This document shows positions 29,337 to 40,016 of a stretch of 64,000 bases of DNA, in pieces. Position 1 is the first letter of the stretch; every line of letters begins with the position of its first letter. The DNA lies in assembly GCA_964372145.1 (NCBI GenBank), contig CAYJPM010000002.1, positions 364 through 64,363 on the forward strand, written 5' to 3'. Position numbers and translations under genes: made by a program. The notes below the pieces were generated by a model that was given only the letters and a program-made list of their open reading frames with translations, did no database searches and was not told the origin of the DNA. The DNA comes from an uncultured Muribaculaceae bacterium. GTDB taxonomy: Bacteria; Bacillota_I; Bacilli_A; RF39; UBA660.

Positions 29337-31025
29337 TTACATTTCATTAGGTATTTTTATTACTAAAAGATCTAATAATTCTTTAATGTATTTATTTGTT
29401 AGGTTTAAAACAAATAGCCAGTCATTTAAATTTTGATCATTTTTTACATTACTTAAATAATTATGTTGATAGAATATATTAGCTTCACTACACAATGTAT
29501 ATACATAATCTGCTATATAGTTAGGTTTTCTTTCTATATAACTAATTTCTAGCGCTTTACCTATTTCTAATAATTTAAGTCTTAAATTTCTATCATATAC
29601 ATTATATATTTCATCAGATAATTCTTCATCTATTTTGTATTCATTTAATACTTTATTAATTCTTAGATAAGTATATAACAGATATGGACCTGTTTTACCA
29701 TTTACTTCAGAAAATTTATTTAGATCAAATATATAATCTTTATCTCTTGAATTTTGTAAATCTGCAAATTTTAATATTGAATTAACTATTATATCTAAAT
29801 CATTTTTATCTAAATTCTTATTTTCTTCTCTTTTTCCAACGAATATATCTTTAGCATCACTAAATAAATCCATTAATTTAGGTGTATCTCCACTTCTAGT
29901 TTTAAAAGGTTTGTTATCATCACCATTAACTGTTCCGTATCCTAGATGTTCTAAATTTTCTATTTCAAAAAGATAAGATTTTTCACATGTTCTAAATACT
30001 TGTTTAAAATGAAGCGCTTGTCTTAAATCTGTAACATATAATATTTTATTTGGATTAAATTCATATTTTCTTTGAACTATTGTTGCTAAATCTGTTGATC
30101 CATATAAGTAGCCTCCATCACTTTTTCTATATATAAGCGGAGGTAATTCTACTTTGTCTTCTTTTTTGTAAATATCTACTACTAAAGCACCTTCTGATTC
30201 TTCTAGTACATCTTCTAATATTTTAGTTGTTCTATCTAAATACTTAATTGAATCCATTTCCCCGTACCAATAGTCAAAACTTACATCTAAATAATCATAA
30301 TTATTTTTTATCTCTTTAACTGAAACTTCTGATATTTTTTTCCATATATTGTAATATTCTTCGTTACCATCTTGTAAATCTTTAGTAATTTTAGCACATT
30401 TAGCTTTTAGCTCATCATCTTCTTTGCAGGCTTTACTCATTTTTGGATATATTACATTTAAATAATCTAAAGTAATATTTTCAAGTGATATATTACTATT
30501 TAAAATATCATATATTACTTGTCCTATTTGAAGACCTACATCACCCAAATGAACATCAGAAATAACATCTTGATTAAAGTATTTTAATATTCTTTTAATT
30601 GATTCACCTACTATAGCAGTTCTCATATGACCTACATGTAATGGTTTAGCAACATTAGGTCCTCCGTAATCTATAACTATTTTTTCTTTATCTGGTAATT
30701 TAATACTGTTTTTAATATCTTTATTAAATATTTTTAAATATTTATTTATATATTCATCACTTAAAGTAAAATTTATAAATCCTGGTGGACAAAATTCTAC
30801 TTTTTTAAAATATTTGTTTATCTCATTTTCTGAATTTATTGCTTCGACTAATTTATTACCTATGTTAATTGGACTATCTTTATATTCCTTAGCAAGTTTA
30901 AATACATCATTACACTGCATATCACATAATTCTGGTCTATCTGATTTACTTATTGTTACATCTATTTCATATCCATTTTTCTTAAATATTTCACTAACTT
31001 TATTTACTAGTTCATTAATATACAT
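29337..31025 (-). CDS. argS: arginine--tRNA ligase
   Basis: P-HVGH HIGH motif, 562 aa, class I ArgS architecture; GGAGAGA RBS. Confidence 0.9.
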   Translation of the reverse strand: MYINELVNKVSEIFKKNGYEIDVTISKSDRPELCDMQCNDVFKLAKEYKDSPINIGNKLVEAINSENEINKYFKKVEFCPPGFINFTLSDEYINKYLKIFNKDIKNSIKLPDKEKIVIDYGGPNVAKPLHVGHMRTAIVGESIKRILKYFNQDVISDVHLGDVGLQIGQVIYDILNSNISLENITLDYLNVIYPKMSKACKEDDELKAKCAKITKDLQDGNEEYYNIWKKISEVSVKEIKNNYDYLDVSFDYWYGEMDSIKYLDRTTKILEDVLEESEGALVVDIYKKEDKVELPPLIYRKSDGGYLYGSTDLATIVQRKYEFNPNKILYVTDLRQALHFKQVFRTCEKSYLFEIENLEHLGYGTVNGDDNKPFKTRSGDTPKLMDLFSDAKDIFVGKREENKNLDKNDLDIIVNSILKFADLQNSRDKDYIFDLNKFSEVNGKTGPYLLYTYLRINKVLNEYKIDEELSDEIYNVYDRNLRLKLLEIGKALEISYIERKPNYIADYVYTLCSEANIFYQHNYLSNVKNDQNLNDWLFVLNLTNKYIKELLDLLVIKIPNEM

Positions 31026-31039
31026 TTTTATCTCTCCTT

Positions 31040-31258
31040 AAATAAAAAAATCCAACTATATATATAAGGACGATTATTAACCGCGGTACCACCTTATTTA
31101 TAGTTGGATATACTATCTCTTTAATTTTAACGCTTTTAAAGCGGACTATCAGTCTGCTGAAAAGATTCTATTTCATAAATATTAATGTTTATTCACACCA
31201 CCCATAAACTCACTGTATATTAATTATTTATTACTTTTTCTTTTCTTGGCATTTACAA
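31040..31258 (-). promoter_or_regulatory. T-box riboswitch leader of argS
   Basis: Minus-strand AGGTGGTACCGCGG T-box sequence at 31081-31093; terminator helix CCAACTATA...TATAGTTGG (31052-31107) followed by U7; AGTGAG stem-I base; extended -10 (TGaTATAAT) near 31263-31270. Confidence 0.7.
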
Positions 31259-31285
31259 ACATATTATATCATTTAAATGTTTAAT

Positions 31286-32437
31286 TTACAATATATTCTT
31301 ACCTCTTAATATTGTTTGAATATTTCTAATCATATAATCCAAAAGATTCGCTTTTTCTATATCTTCTTTTATTATTAAATCTACTGTATCAACTACATTA
31401 CCCTCATTATCTATAACATCCGCAGTACCTATTACTTCATTTGTTTTAAGTGGAGCACTTACTTCATCTATATTAATAATAAATTCATAAGATTTATTGT
31501 CTTCAGTAATCTTTTGCAATTCAGTAGCATCTTCTTTTAAATATACATCCACTGTTTCTTGTTTTCCATTTAAAACTTTAATAGTACCTATTTTTTCACT
31601 TGAATCTTTTATCTTGAACAACTTGTATGTATTAAATCCATAATTAAGTAATTCTACAGTGTCACTACTTCTATTTTCTGATGTATCACTACCCATAACA
31701 ACACTAATTAATCTTAAATCATTCTTAAGAGCAGTTGATGTTAAACAATAACCTGCTAAGTCTGTATATCCAGTTTTTAGACCATCTAAGCCTGGATAGT
31801 ATCTTAAAAGTTTGTTGGTATTAACTAACCAAGTTTTAGAACCATCATTTTTTGTTAAATATTCTTCATATATACTTGTATAATTTAATATATCTTCATA
31901 ATTTAGTAATTCCTTGGCAAGTAAACTCATATCATATGCACTTGAATAATGACCATCTTCATCTAATCCATGAGGATTTTTAAACGAAGTATTTTTACAT
32001 CCAATCTCTGAACATTTATCATTCATCATTTTTACAAAGTTATCTACAGTACCTCCTACTTTTTCCGCTAAAGCTACTACTGCATCATTACCACTTGCTA
32101 TCGCTACACCTTTCAAAAGTTCTGAAACTTTATACGTTTCACCCTCTTGCAAAAATATTTGACTTCCACCCATGCTTGAAGCTTCTTTACTAATAATAAC
32201 ATCTTCATCTAATGATATTTTATTTTCGTCAATTGCTTCCATTATAAGAAGCATGCTTGCTATTTTTGTCATTGATGCTGGAGATAATTCTTCAAATTCA
32301 TTCTTACTAAATAATACTTCACCACTTGATGCGTCAATTAATATAGCACTTTTTGAATTAGTTGCTAAATTTTCTTCAGCATTACATATAGTTATAAAAC
32401 TTAAAAATATTATTATTGTTAATATTATTTTTTTCAT
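31286..32437 (-). CDS. D-alanyl-D-alanine carboxypeptidase (S11, PBP5/DacF-like)
   Basis: Signal peptide followed by SPASMTKIASMLL (SxxK), SGN and KTG motifs. Confidence 0.8.
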   Translation of the reverse strand: MKKIILTIIIFLSFITICNAEENLATNSKSAILIDASSGEVLFSKNEFEELSPASMTKIASMLLIMEAIDENKISLDEDVIISKEASSMGGSQIFLQEGETYKVSELLKGVAIASGNDAVVALAEKVGGTVDNFVKMMNDKCSEIGCKNTSFKNPHGLDEDGHYSSAYDMSLLAKELLNYEDILNYTSIYEEYLTKNDGSKTWLVNTNKLLRYYPGLDGLKTGYTDLAGYCLTSTALKNDLRLISVVMGSDTSENRSSDTVELLNYGFNTYKLFKIKDSSEKIGTIKVLNGKQETVDVYLKEDATELQKITEDNKSYEFIINIDEVSAPLKTNEVIGTADVIDNEGNVVDTVDLIIKEDIEKANLLDYMIRNIQTILRGKNIL

Positions 32438-32674
32438 ACAACACCTCAATATAATTTTATGTACTTAGTATTTTTTTATAACAATAAAATATCCTTTATT
32501 ATTTCTTTAAAATTCATAGTTTCACTTGCTTTAACTAAAATATTCATTATATTCATCTATTTTTATATGTGATTTTATTGTAAATAACATACCTCTTTTT
32601 TCTATTGTGTATACCATATTTATGTGTTAAAATATCCCTAGTTTATTTAAAATAAAATTAAAGGAGTTTTGATT

Positions 32675-34108
32675 ATGGATTATTCATATAAATTTTCAAT
32701 TATTATTGCAGTTTATAACACTGAAAGTTATATAGCTGAAACTTTGGATTCAATTATAAATCAATCAATGAATTTTGAAAAGCACGTAGAAATTATATTA
32801 GTAAATGATGGGTCAACTGATAACAGCGAAAAAATATGTAAAGAATACGTTTCTAAGTATAAAAACAATATAAAATACTTTTACAAAGCTAATGGTGGTG
32901 TTTCAACTGCTAGAAATTTAGGGATTAGTAAAGCTAAAGGTAAATATTTTAATTTTCTTGATTCTGATGATCTACTTCATCCTAAGGCTTTACAAGTAGT
33001 GTATGATTTTTTCGAAATGAATAAGTATGAAATAGATATGGTTACACTTCCAATATCTTTATTCGAAAGAGAAACTGGGCTATATACTAGATATGCAAAA
33101 TTTAATAACACTAGTTATATTGTAGATTTAGAATTAAATCCACAAAATTATGTATTTTCTTGTGCAGCTAGTTTTTACAAAAGAATTTTATTTAAAGAAT
33201 TTAAATTCAATACTAATTTAAAAACTGCTGAAGATTTATACTTAAATACGAAAATATTTATGAATAATCCTAAATTCGGTATAATATCTGCTGATGAAGC
33301 AGTATATTATTATAGAAAAAGAATTGAGGAAAATTCTATTACTAATTCAAATGAGTATGGAGATGATTGGTTTACTTATGTATTTGATTATCTATATAAG
33401 GGAATTATGAAGCATTTGAAAAATTCAAAACAAAAAATACCCACTTTTATTAAATATATTTTATTATATAATGTAGAAAAAAGAATAAGCATGCCTCACT
33501 TTATAGAAAAGAAAGCTTTACAGAATTTCTTTAAAATATCTGAAAATATATTAAGTAATGTTGATGATGATATTATACTTAATTATGAAACAAAAGATTA
33601 TTTTAGTACAGCTTTATTATTTATGATTAAATATAAAGAATATAATGTTTCGAAATGTTTTAAAGTTGATAAAGATTATAATTTAGTAAAAAATCGAAAA
33701 CCTTTAATTAATTTAAATAATTACAAATTTAGAGTAAGTTCAATTAAATTTGATGAAAATAATCTTATATTAGAAGGGTTTATAAACGATATAATACCTG
33801 ATAATTTTAAAATGTTCTATGTCAACTCAAACGGATTTAATGAAATAATTAAAACTAAATCTACAAATAATTTTTTACAGATAAGATTCTTTGATATTAT
33901 CGTTGGACAAGCATATAATTTAAAAGCAGTTATTCCATTTACAAAAATAGGAAATACACTAATAAATATTTGTATAAACAACTATAACATTCCCATTGAA
34001 ATAGATAATGCTTATAATGAAGAAAGTTTAAAACATGAACAATTGGTAACACATAATAATAAAGATTATATGATTAAAATTATTGATTCTATGATTACTG
34101 TAGAATAA
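32675..34108 (+). CDS. family 2 glycosyltransferase with C-terminal extension
   Basis: FSIIIAVYNTESYIAETLDSI...VNDGSTDNS GT-A N-terminus. AAGGAG RBS 8 nt upstream of the ATG at 32675. Confidence 0.7.
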   Translation: MDYSYKFSIIIAVYNTESYIAETLDSIINQSMNFEKHVEIILVNDGSTDNSEKICKEYVSKYKNNIKYFYKANGGVSTARNLGISKAKGKYFNFLDSDDLLHPKALQVVYDFFEMNKYEIDMVTLPISLFERETGLYTRYAKFNNTSYIVDLELNPQNYVFSCAASFYKRILFKEFKFNTNLKTAEDLYLNTKIFMNNPKFGIISADEAVYYYRKRIEENSITNSNEYGDDWFTYVFDYLYKGIMKHLKNSKQKIPTFIKYILLYNVEKRISMPHFIEKKALQNFFKISENILSNVDDDIILNYETKDYFSTALLFMIKYKEYNVSKCFKVDKDYNLVKNRKPLINLNNYKFRVSSIKFDENNLILEGFINDIIPDNFKMFYVNSNGFNEIIKTKSTNNFLQIRFFDIIVGQAYNLKAVIPFTKIGNTLINICINNYNIPIEIDNAYNEESLKHEQLVTHNNKDYMIKIIDSMITVE

Positions 34109-34128
34109 CAAATTAAAAAAACTTATTA

Positions 34129-35166
34129 TCAACATTTAATAAGTTTTTTTATGATTTCTTCATCAGAAACATTTAATTTACACCAATCATAAATTTTTTT
34201 ATAATCTTCATCACTAACATTGGGAGATTTTAAATAATATTTAACTGTTAATTCAACTTGGTTATTAAACCAATCATCATTTACAAATTCATTATCTTTT
34301 ATTTCCATATATAAATTCTTTTTTTCAATTAAATTTTCAATAATAAAATCACTTGTCAAATTAAACGAAAGATTATTATTATGAATTCTATAAATTCCTA
34401 TTATATCTTTTATTACATATGCATTACCACATAGTAATGCTTTTAAATATATAGTTGAATCATTCATCATATCTAATTCTTTAAATCCTATATCATCTAA
34501 ATCTGATTTTCGAAATACACTTGTAAATGAAGAATTGCTCTTCATATATTTTGTTTGAAAATTATTGATATACTCTGTATTATTAATTTCATTTTCTATA
34601 TTCATTTTTTTAAATGTATATGAATTATCGCTTTCTATTTTTATAAAAGAGTTACTACTAACAAATGAAATATTTTTGTTTTTGTTTAAAACATCTACAC
34701 TTTTATTAAAAAAATCGTTATCAATATATAAATCATCATCATCACAAAATATTACATATTCCCCTGTAGCTTTTAAATAACCAGTTTTTCTTGTTAATCC
34801 TGCACCTTTACCCACTTCATTTATAATATAAATAATATTTAATACTGGATTGTTCTTAATATATTCATTAACCATCTCTGTTGTATTGTCAGCCGAGTTA
34901 TCATTTACTATTATTATTTCTACATTTTTGTATTTTTGATTTTTAATACTATCTAATGTTTCAATTAACATTTTAGATCGATTATATGTTGGGATGATAA
35001 CACTTATTTTATTATCATGATCAAATGTTATACAATCATTTTTCATATTTTTATTCATTGTTAAACCTGAATAATCACAAAAATTCATTACTGCTTGTTT
35101 AGAAATATATCTGTTTTTAAATAATTCATATAAAAAATCACTGTTTATATTTTTCACTTTGTCCAT
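34129..35166 (-). CDS. family 2 glycosyltransferase
   Basis: ISVIIPTYNRSKMLIETLDSI...VNDNSADNT, and DDDD at the DxD position. Confidence 0.7.
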   Translation of the reverse strand: MDKVKNINSDFLYELFKNRYISKQAVMNFCDYSGLTMNKNMKNDCITFDHDNKISVIIPTYNRSKMLIETLDSIKNQKYKNVEIIIVNDNSADNTTEMVNEYIKNNPVLNIIYIINEVGKGAGLTRKTGYLKATGEYVIFCDDDDLYIDNDFFNKSVDVLNKNKNISFVSSNSFIKIESDNSYTFKKMNIENEINNTEYINNFQTKYMKSNSSFTSVFRKSDLDDIGFKELDMMNDSTIYLKALLCGNAYVIKDIIGIYRIHNNNLSFNLTSDFIIENLIEKKNLYMEIKDNEFVNDDWFNNQVELTVKYYLKSPNVSDEDYKKIYDWCKLNVSDEEIIKKLIKC

Positions 35167-35235
35167 AATAACCTCATTTCTTTTTTAGAATATCATAATT
35201 ATATTTTTATGTCTATATTTTATTTACTATTAAAA

Positions 35236-35264
35236 TTGACTTTTGATTTATAATAACATATACT
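35236..35264 (+). promoter_or_regulatory. sigma-A-type promoter
   Basis: TTGACT-17 nt-TATACT located 30 nt upstream of the RBS. Confidence 0.45.
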
Positions 35265-35295
35265 AGTAATGTTTTAAAGAAAAAGGAGTTAATAT

Positions 35296-36345
35296 ATGAA
35301 AAAAATAATGTTATTTGCTTACACTAGAACTAATTTAGGAGATGATTTATTCGTCTTGAAGTTATTAAAAAAATATCCTGATACACAATTTTATATTCAA
35401 ATACCTGATGAAAAATATTCACTATTTTTAAATAACTGTAAAAATATTATTATTTTAAAAGAAGAAAGAAATTTAGAAGCTATTAATATTCAAAATTATG
35501 ATGCATTTATATACATTGTTGGATCTGTATTTAGAGAAAATATCGGAGGTATGAAAAAAATAAAAGAATTTAATGATTTTGCTGATCGATGTAATAATCA
35601 TAATGTCCCTTTTATTTATATAAGTTGCAACTTTGATAATAAATTTTCTAATGAATATTTTAAAGAATGTGAAAATTTATTTAAGAAATGCACTGATATT
35701 TGTTTTAGGGATTCACATTCTTATAATCTATTTAAACACATTAAATCTGTTAGATATGCACCTGATGTTATATTATCTTATGATATTGTAAAAAATAAGA
35801 CAAAAAAAAATACTGTTGGTATTTCTGTAATTGATTTAAATATAAGACCGGAATTTCTTAGTTTAAGAGATAGATATATCAATTTTATTGTTCACAATAT
35901 TAACCATTATGTTAATAACGGATACGACGTTTATTTATTTTCTTTTTGTGAATATGAAGGAGATGAAGCTGCAATAAACACTATTTATGATACTGTTAAT
36001 AGTAATATAAAAAATAATGTGAACAAAATTTTTTACAATGGAAATGTTGACGAATTTTTGAATATTTTTACTTCAATGGAAAATATGATATGTCAAAGAT
36101 TTCATTCCATGATTTTATCTATTATATCTGAACAGAAACATGTTGTTGTTCCTTACAGTAAAAAAATCAATCATGTAATTGATGATTTAAATTTAAATAA
36201 TAATATTTGTGATTTAGATAATATTTCAGATAACTTACTTATAAACTTATCTAGTTTTAAATTAATCGATAATACAGAAGTCAAAAAATTAAATTACCAT
36301 GCTAATGAACAAATTAAAATAGTTGATGAACTTATTAATCAATAA
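35296..36345 (+). CDS. polysaccharide pyruvyl transferase-like protein
   Basis: N-terminal FAYTRTNLGDDLF resembles the conserved N.GD start of the PS_pyruv_trans family; lies next to GT2 genes. Confidence 0.4.
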   Translation: MKKIMLFAYTRTNLGDDLFVLKLLKKYPDTQFYIQIPDEKYSLFLNNCKNIIILKEERNLEAINIQNYDAFIYIVGSVFRENIGGMKKIKEFNDFADRCNNHNVPFIYISCNFDNKFSNEYFKECENLFKKCTDICFRDSHSYNLFKHIKSVRYAPDVILSYDIVKNKTKKNTVGISVIDLNIRPEFLSLRDRYINFIVHNINHYVNNGYDVYLFSFCEYEGDEAAINTIYDTVNSNIKNNVNKIFYNGNVDEFLNIFTSMENMICQRFHSMILSIISEQKHVVVPYSKKINHVIDDLNLNNNICDLDNISDNLLINLSSFKLIDNTEVKKLNYHANEQIKIVDELINQ

Positions 36346-36376
36346 AAAAATGTGACTTTAATCACATTTTTTTATT
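36346..36376. terminator. bidirectional rho-independent terminator
   Basis: aaaaaaatgtgac-ttta-atcacattttttt. Confidence 0.55.
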
Positions 36377-36478
36377 TTAGTTTTTCAGTTCCTTTGATTC
36401 CAAAAAATCTTTTGATGTTTTCAATAATTTTTTTCATATTTCTTCACCTCTGTTAAAATATATGAAATAGATTATTTA

Positions 36479-36769
36479 TTATAACTTATTTAATTCATCT
36501 TTTATTTTGTTTATATCATTTAATAATAATATTTTGTTTATTTTTTCTTTTAAATATAGATATTTTAAAGTATTTTCATACTCTTCTAATTTTTCTTCTG
36601 TTTGATTTATAGATTTCGAAACAAATGCTCTTGAAACTTTTTTAATATCAGCTATTTCTTGTAAACTTAGATTTTCTTCATAGTAAAGTTTAAATATTTC
36701 TTTTTGATTATCAGTAAATAAATTACCATATATATCAAATAATTGATTAAAATATATTAATTTATCCAT
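36479..36769 (-). CDS. ylxM: YlxM/UPF0122 putative DNA-binding protein
   Basis: 96 aa; LSLQEIADIKKVSRAFVSKSINQTEEKLEEYE matches the B. subtilis YlxM HTH; adjacent to ftsY. Confidence 0.6.
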   Translation of the reverse strand: MDKLIYFNQLFDIYGNLFTDNQKEIFKLYYEENLSLQEIADIKKVSRAFVSKSINQTEEKLEEYENTLKYLYLKEKINKILLLNDINKIKDELNKL

Positions 36770-36770
36770 A

Positions 36771-37754
36771 TTACATCATATCCTTAAATAAACCATATAT
36801 ATAATTTTCAATATCAAATGTTTTTAAATCTGTCATTTTTTCTCCTAATCCGATAAACTTAACCGGTATATTTACCTTTTCTTTTATAGCAAGCACTATA
36901 CCACCTTTAGCAGTTCCATCTAATTTAGTAAGCACCATTCCTGTTATATTTGTTATTTCTTTAAAGTTTTCAGCTTGCATAATACCATTTTGTCCAGTAG
37001 ATGCATCTATTACTAATAAAGTTTCATGTGGTGCATTATCTATTTCATTACCTATAACTTTATTTATTTTTTCTAGTTCTTTCATTAGATTTACTTTATT
37101 TTGTAATCTACCTGCAGTATCTATAAGTATAATATCTGATTTAATTTCTTTACCATATTTAAGACCATCATATATAACACTTGCTGGATCACTGTTTTCT
37201 TTTCCATAAAAGTCTGATTTAGTTCTTTCAGACCACACTTTAAGTTGTTCAGTTGCTCCTGCTCTAAATGTATCTCCTGCGATAAGTAGAACTTTTTTAT
37301 TGTCACTAACATACTTATGAGCTAATTTTGCAATAGAGGTTGTTTTCCCTACTCCGTTAACTCCTACTACTAAAATAACAGTCGGTCCATTTTCTTGAAT
37401 ATTTATTTTATCTGTTAATGTATCATTATTAACATATATAATGAATAATTCATCTACTATGATTTCTTTTAGATATTCTACGTCAGTAATTTTTTCTTTT
37501 TTTACTCTATCTCTTAATTTATCTAAAAAATCCATAACTGTATTAACACCAATATCAGCCATAATTAAAATATTTTCTAATTCTTCAAAATATTCTTCAG
37601 TTATTTTTTTATGTGTTTTACCTAAATTAATTAACTTAGAAGTGAATTCTTCTCTTGTTTTTTCTAATCCTTCTTCATAAATTTTTAATTCTTCTTTTTC
37701 TTCTTTTGTTTCTTTCTTGTTAATAAAACTTTTAATCTTATCAAATAATCCCAT
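36771..37754 (-). CDS. ftsY: signal recognition particle receptor FtsY
   Basis: GVNGVGKTTSIAKLA (G1), DTAGR (G3), TKLD (G4). Confidence 0.9.
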   Translation of the reverse strand: MGLFDKIKSFINKKETKEEKEELKIYEEGLEKTREEFTSKLINLGKTHKKITEEYFEELENILIMADIGVNTVMDFLDKLRDRVKKEKITDVEYLKEIIVDELFIIYVNNDTLTDKINIQENGPTVILVVGVNGVGKTTSIAKLAHKYVSDNKKVLLIAGDTFRAGATEQLKVWSERTKSDFYGKENSDPASVIYDGLKYGKEIKSDIILIDTAGRLQNKVNLMKELEKINKVIGNEIDNAPHETLLVIDASTGQNGIMQAENFKEITNITGMVLTKLDGTAKGGIVLAIKEKVNIPVKFIGLGEKMTDLKTFDIENYIYGLFKDMM

Positions 37755-37804
37755 GATTAATCACCTTTTTCTATTATAAGTTATCTTAATTAATATTGCT
37801 ACTA

Positions 37805-38197
37805 TTAATTATCAAAATTCCAAATTCCTAATTGTCCCTTCGCTTTTATCGGTTTAATAACTTCAATGTTATCAAATACAAAACCATACCTTCCTACTTC
37901 ATATCTACCACATATGTACTCTTTTATATTTGTATTTTTCAAATTAATAATATATTCTTCTGTAAATTCTATGCAATCTACTAAGTTGGCTTTACATAAT
38001 ATATACCCAGGATTGAATTCTAAATTTTCAATAACATCAAAAAAATCTTTATCTTTTCTTTTTAAATTATCTTTTGTTAAACTAGCATGAATATATATTT
38101 CACCACGATATTTAGTTTTCCAACTTCTTGTTTCTATTTTTTTAATTCCACTTTTTATTAGCGTTGCAAATGGTTCTTTTATACTTATAACTTTCAT
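37805..38197 (-). CDS. ASCH-domain protein
   Basis: MKVISIKEPFATLIKSGIKKIETRSW start typical of the ASCH/PUA-like fold; GGAG RBS before the ATG at 38197. Confidence 0.5.
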   Translation of the reverse strand: MKVISIKEPFATLIKSGIKKIETRSWKTKYRGEIYIHASLTKDNLKRKDKDFFDVIENLEFNPGYILCKANLVDCIEFTEEYIINLKNTNIKEYICGRYEVGRYGFVFDNIEVIKPIKAKGQLGIWNFDN

Positions 38198-38313
38198 AAA
38201 TAACTCCATATTAAGTATAACAAACATTCGTGTAATAGACAAATAATATAAAGTATGTTATAATTAGTGCATCCAAAAACTTTATATTTTAGATTTTAAG
38301 AAAGAAGGAAATT

Positions 38314-39978
38314 ATGAAAAATAATAGCGCTACGTCTATTGTAGCTTTAGGTGGCCTTGGTGAGGTCGGAAAAAACATGTATGTGGTAACACATGAAGAA
38401 GAAATAGTAATTATTGATGCTGGAGTTATGTTTCCAGAAGATGAATTACTTGGTATAGATTATGTTATTCAAGACATAACTTATTTAAGAAAAAATAAAG
38501 ATAAAATTAAAGGATTAATTATAACACATGGTCATGAAGATCATATAGGTGGAATTTCATTTTTACTTAACGCTATTGAGATACCAAATATTTGGGCTCC
38601 AAAAATAGCAATTGACTTAATGAAAAAGAAATTAGATGAAAAACATATTAGATATGAAAATTTCGTTGAAATAAATAAGGATTTAACTGTAGAAACAAAA
38701 TACTTTAAATTTAATTTTATTAATACTACTCACTCTATTCCTGATTCATTTGCTATAGTTGTAAAAACTCCGAATGGAACAATATTTGAAACAGGAGATT
38801 TTAAATTTGATTTAACTCCAATTGGTCCAATGGCAGATTTACATAAAATGGCTGAAGCTGGTACTAAAGGAGTTACACTTTTATTAAGTGATTCTACTAA
38901 CGCTTTATCTGAAGGTTTTTCAAAAAGTGAAAGTACTGTTGATGAAACTTTAAATGATATCATAGGAAAACATTTAGGAAGAGTTATTATTGCAACATTT
39001 GCATCAAATATATTTAGATTAAAACATATTATTGAAACATGTAAAACATATAATCGTAAAATTATAGTTTTTGGTAGAAGCATGGAAAATAATATAGAAT
39101 TATCTTTACAAAATGGTTTATTAAATGATAGATCAATGTTTATTAACGCTAATGAAGCTAAAAGTTTAAAAAGTCATGAGATATGTATATTATGTACTGG
39201 TTCTCAAGGTGAACCACTAGCAGCTTTATCTAGAATTGCTAATGGATCTCATAAACAAATATCTTTAATTCCTGATGATTTAGTAGTATTTTCATCAAGT
39301 CCTATTCCTGGGAATTCTAATAGTATTAATAAAATTATTAATAAATTATATTTAAGAGGTGTAAGAGTATTTACTAATTCAGAATTTTCTGACATACATA
39401 CATCAGGACATGGTAAAATTGAAGAATTAAAATTAATGCTTAGACTTATTAAACCAAAATATTTTATGCCAATGCATGGTGAATACAGAATGCTTAAAGC
39501 ACATGGTGAGATTGCCGAAGAAATTGGTATACCAAACGAAAATATATTTATTTGTAAGAATGGTGATACTATTGAACTTAAAAATGGTATAGTTACTAGA
39601 GGTTCTAGAGTTCAAGCTGGAGATGTTTACGTTGATGGTTCTAGAATTGGTGATATTGGTGGAGTTGTTATTAAAGATAGAAAACTTATGAGTCAAGATG
39701 GTATTTTGATATCTATCTTAAATATAAATGTTAATACGAAAAAATTATTACTTAAACCAAATGTAACTGCTAGAGGATTTGTTCTTGTTAATGAAAATTT
39801 AGATTTAATGAGAAAAATAGAAGAAAAAATCACTATTATAGTTAATGAATTTTTATCTAAATCCCCTTACAGTTATACTGATTTAAAAAATCAAATAATT
39901 TTAGAATTATTACCGTTTATAACAAATTTAACTGGTAGACACCCAATTATATTACCTGTTATTATGGAAGTTAAATAA
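38314..39978 (+). CDS. rnj: ribonuclease J
   Basis: Metallo-beta-lactamase HGHEDHIGG motif, beta-CASP and C-terminal domains; 554 aa. Confidence 0.9.
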   Translation: MKNNSATSIVALGGLGEVGKNMYVVTHEEEIVIIDAGVMFPEDELLGIDYVIQDITYLRKNKDKIKGLIITHGHEDHIGGISFLLNAIEIPNIWAPKIAIDLMKKKLDEKHIRYENFVEINKDLTVETKYFKFNFINTTHSIPDSFAIVVKTPNGTIFETGDFKFDLTPIGPMADLHKMAEAGTKGVTLLLSDSTNALSEGFSKSESTVDETLNDIIGKHLGRVIIATFASNIFRLKHIIETCKTYNRKIIVFGRSMENNIELSLQNGLLNDRSMFINANEAKSLKSHEICILCTGSQGEPLAALSRIANGSHKQISLIPDDLVVFSSSPIPGNSNSINKIINKLYLRGVRVFTNSEFSDIHTSGHGKIEELKLMLRLIKPKYFMPMHGEYRMLKAHGEIAEEIGIPNENIFICKNGDTIELKNGIVTRGSRVQAGDVYVDGSRIGDIGGVVIKDRKLMSQDGILISILNINVNTKKLLLKPNVTARGFVLVNENLDLMRKIEEKITIIVNEFLSKSPYSYTDLKNQIILELLPFITNLTGRHPIILPVIMEVK

Positions 39979-39984
39979 TATTAA

Positions 39985-40016
39985 CTTCTTTTTTTGTGCA
40001 ATAAAAAAAGAAGCAT
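39985..40016. terminator. bidirectional terminator between convergent rnj and rny
   Basis: cttcttttttt-gtgcaat-aaaaaaagaag. Confidence 0.5.

Noticed and set aside
36378-36443. 21-aa minus-strand ORF (MKKIIENIKRFFGIKGTEKLK) between ylxM and the bidirectional terminator
   Set aside because: Too short and unsupported; retained only as a remote possibility of a leader peptide.
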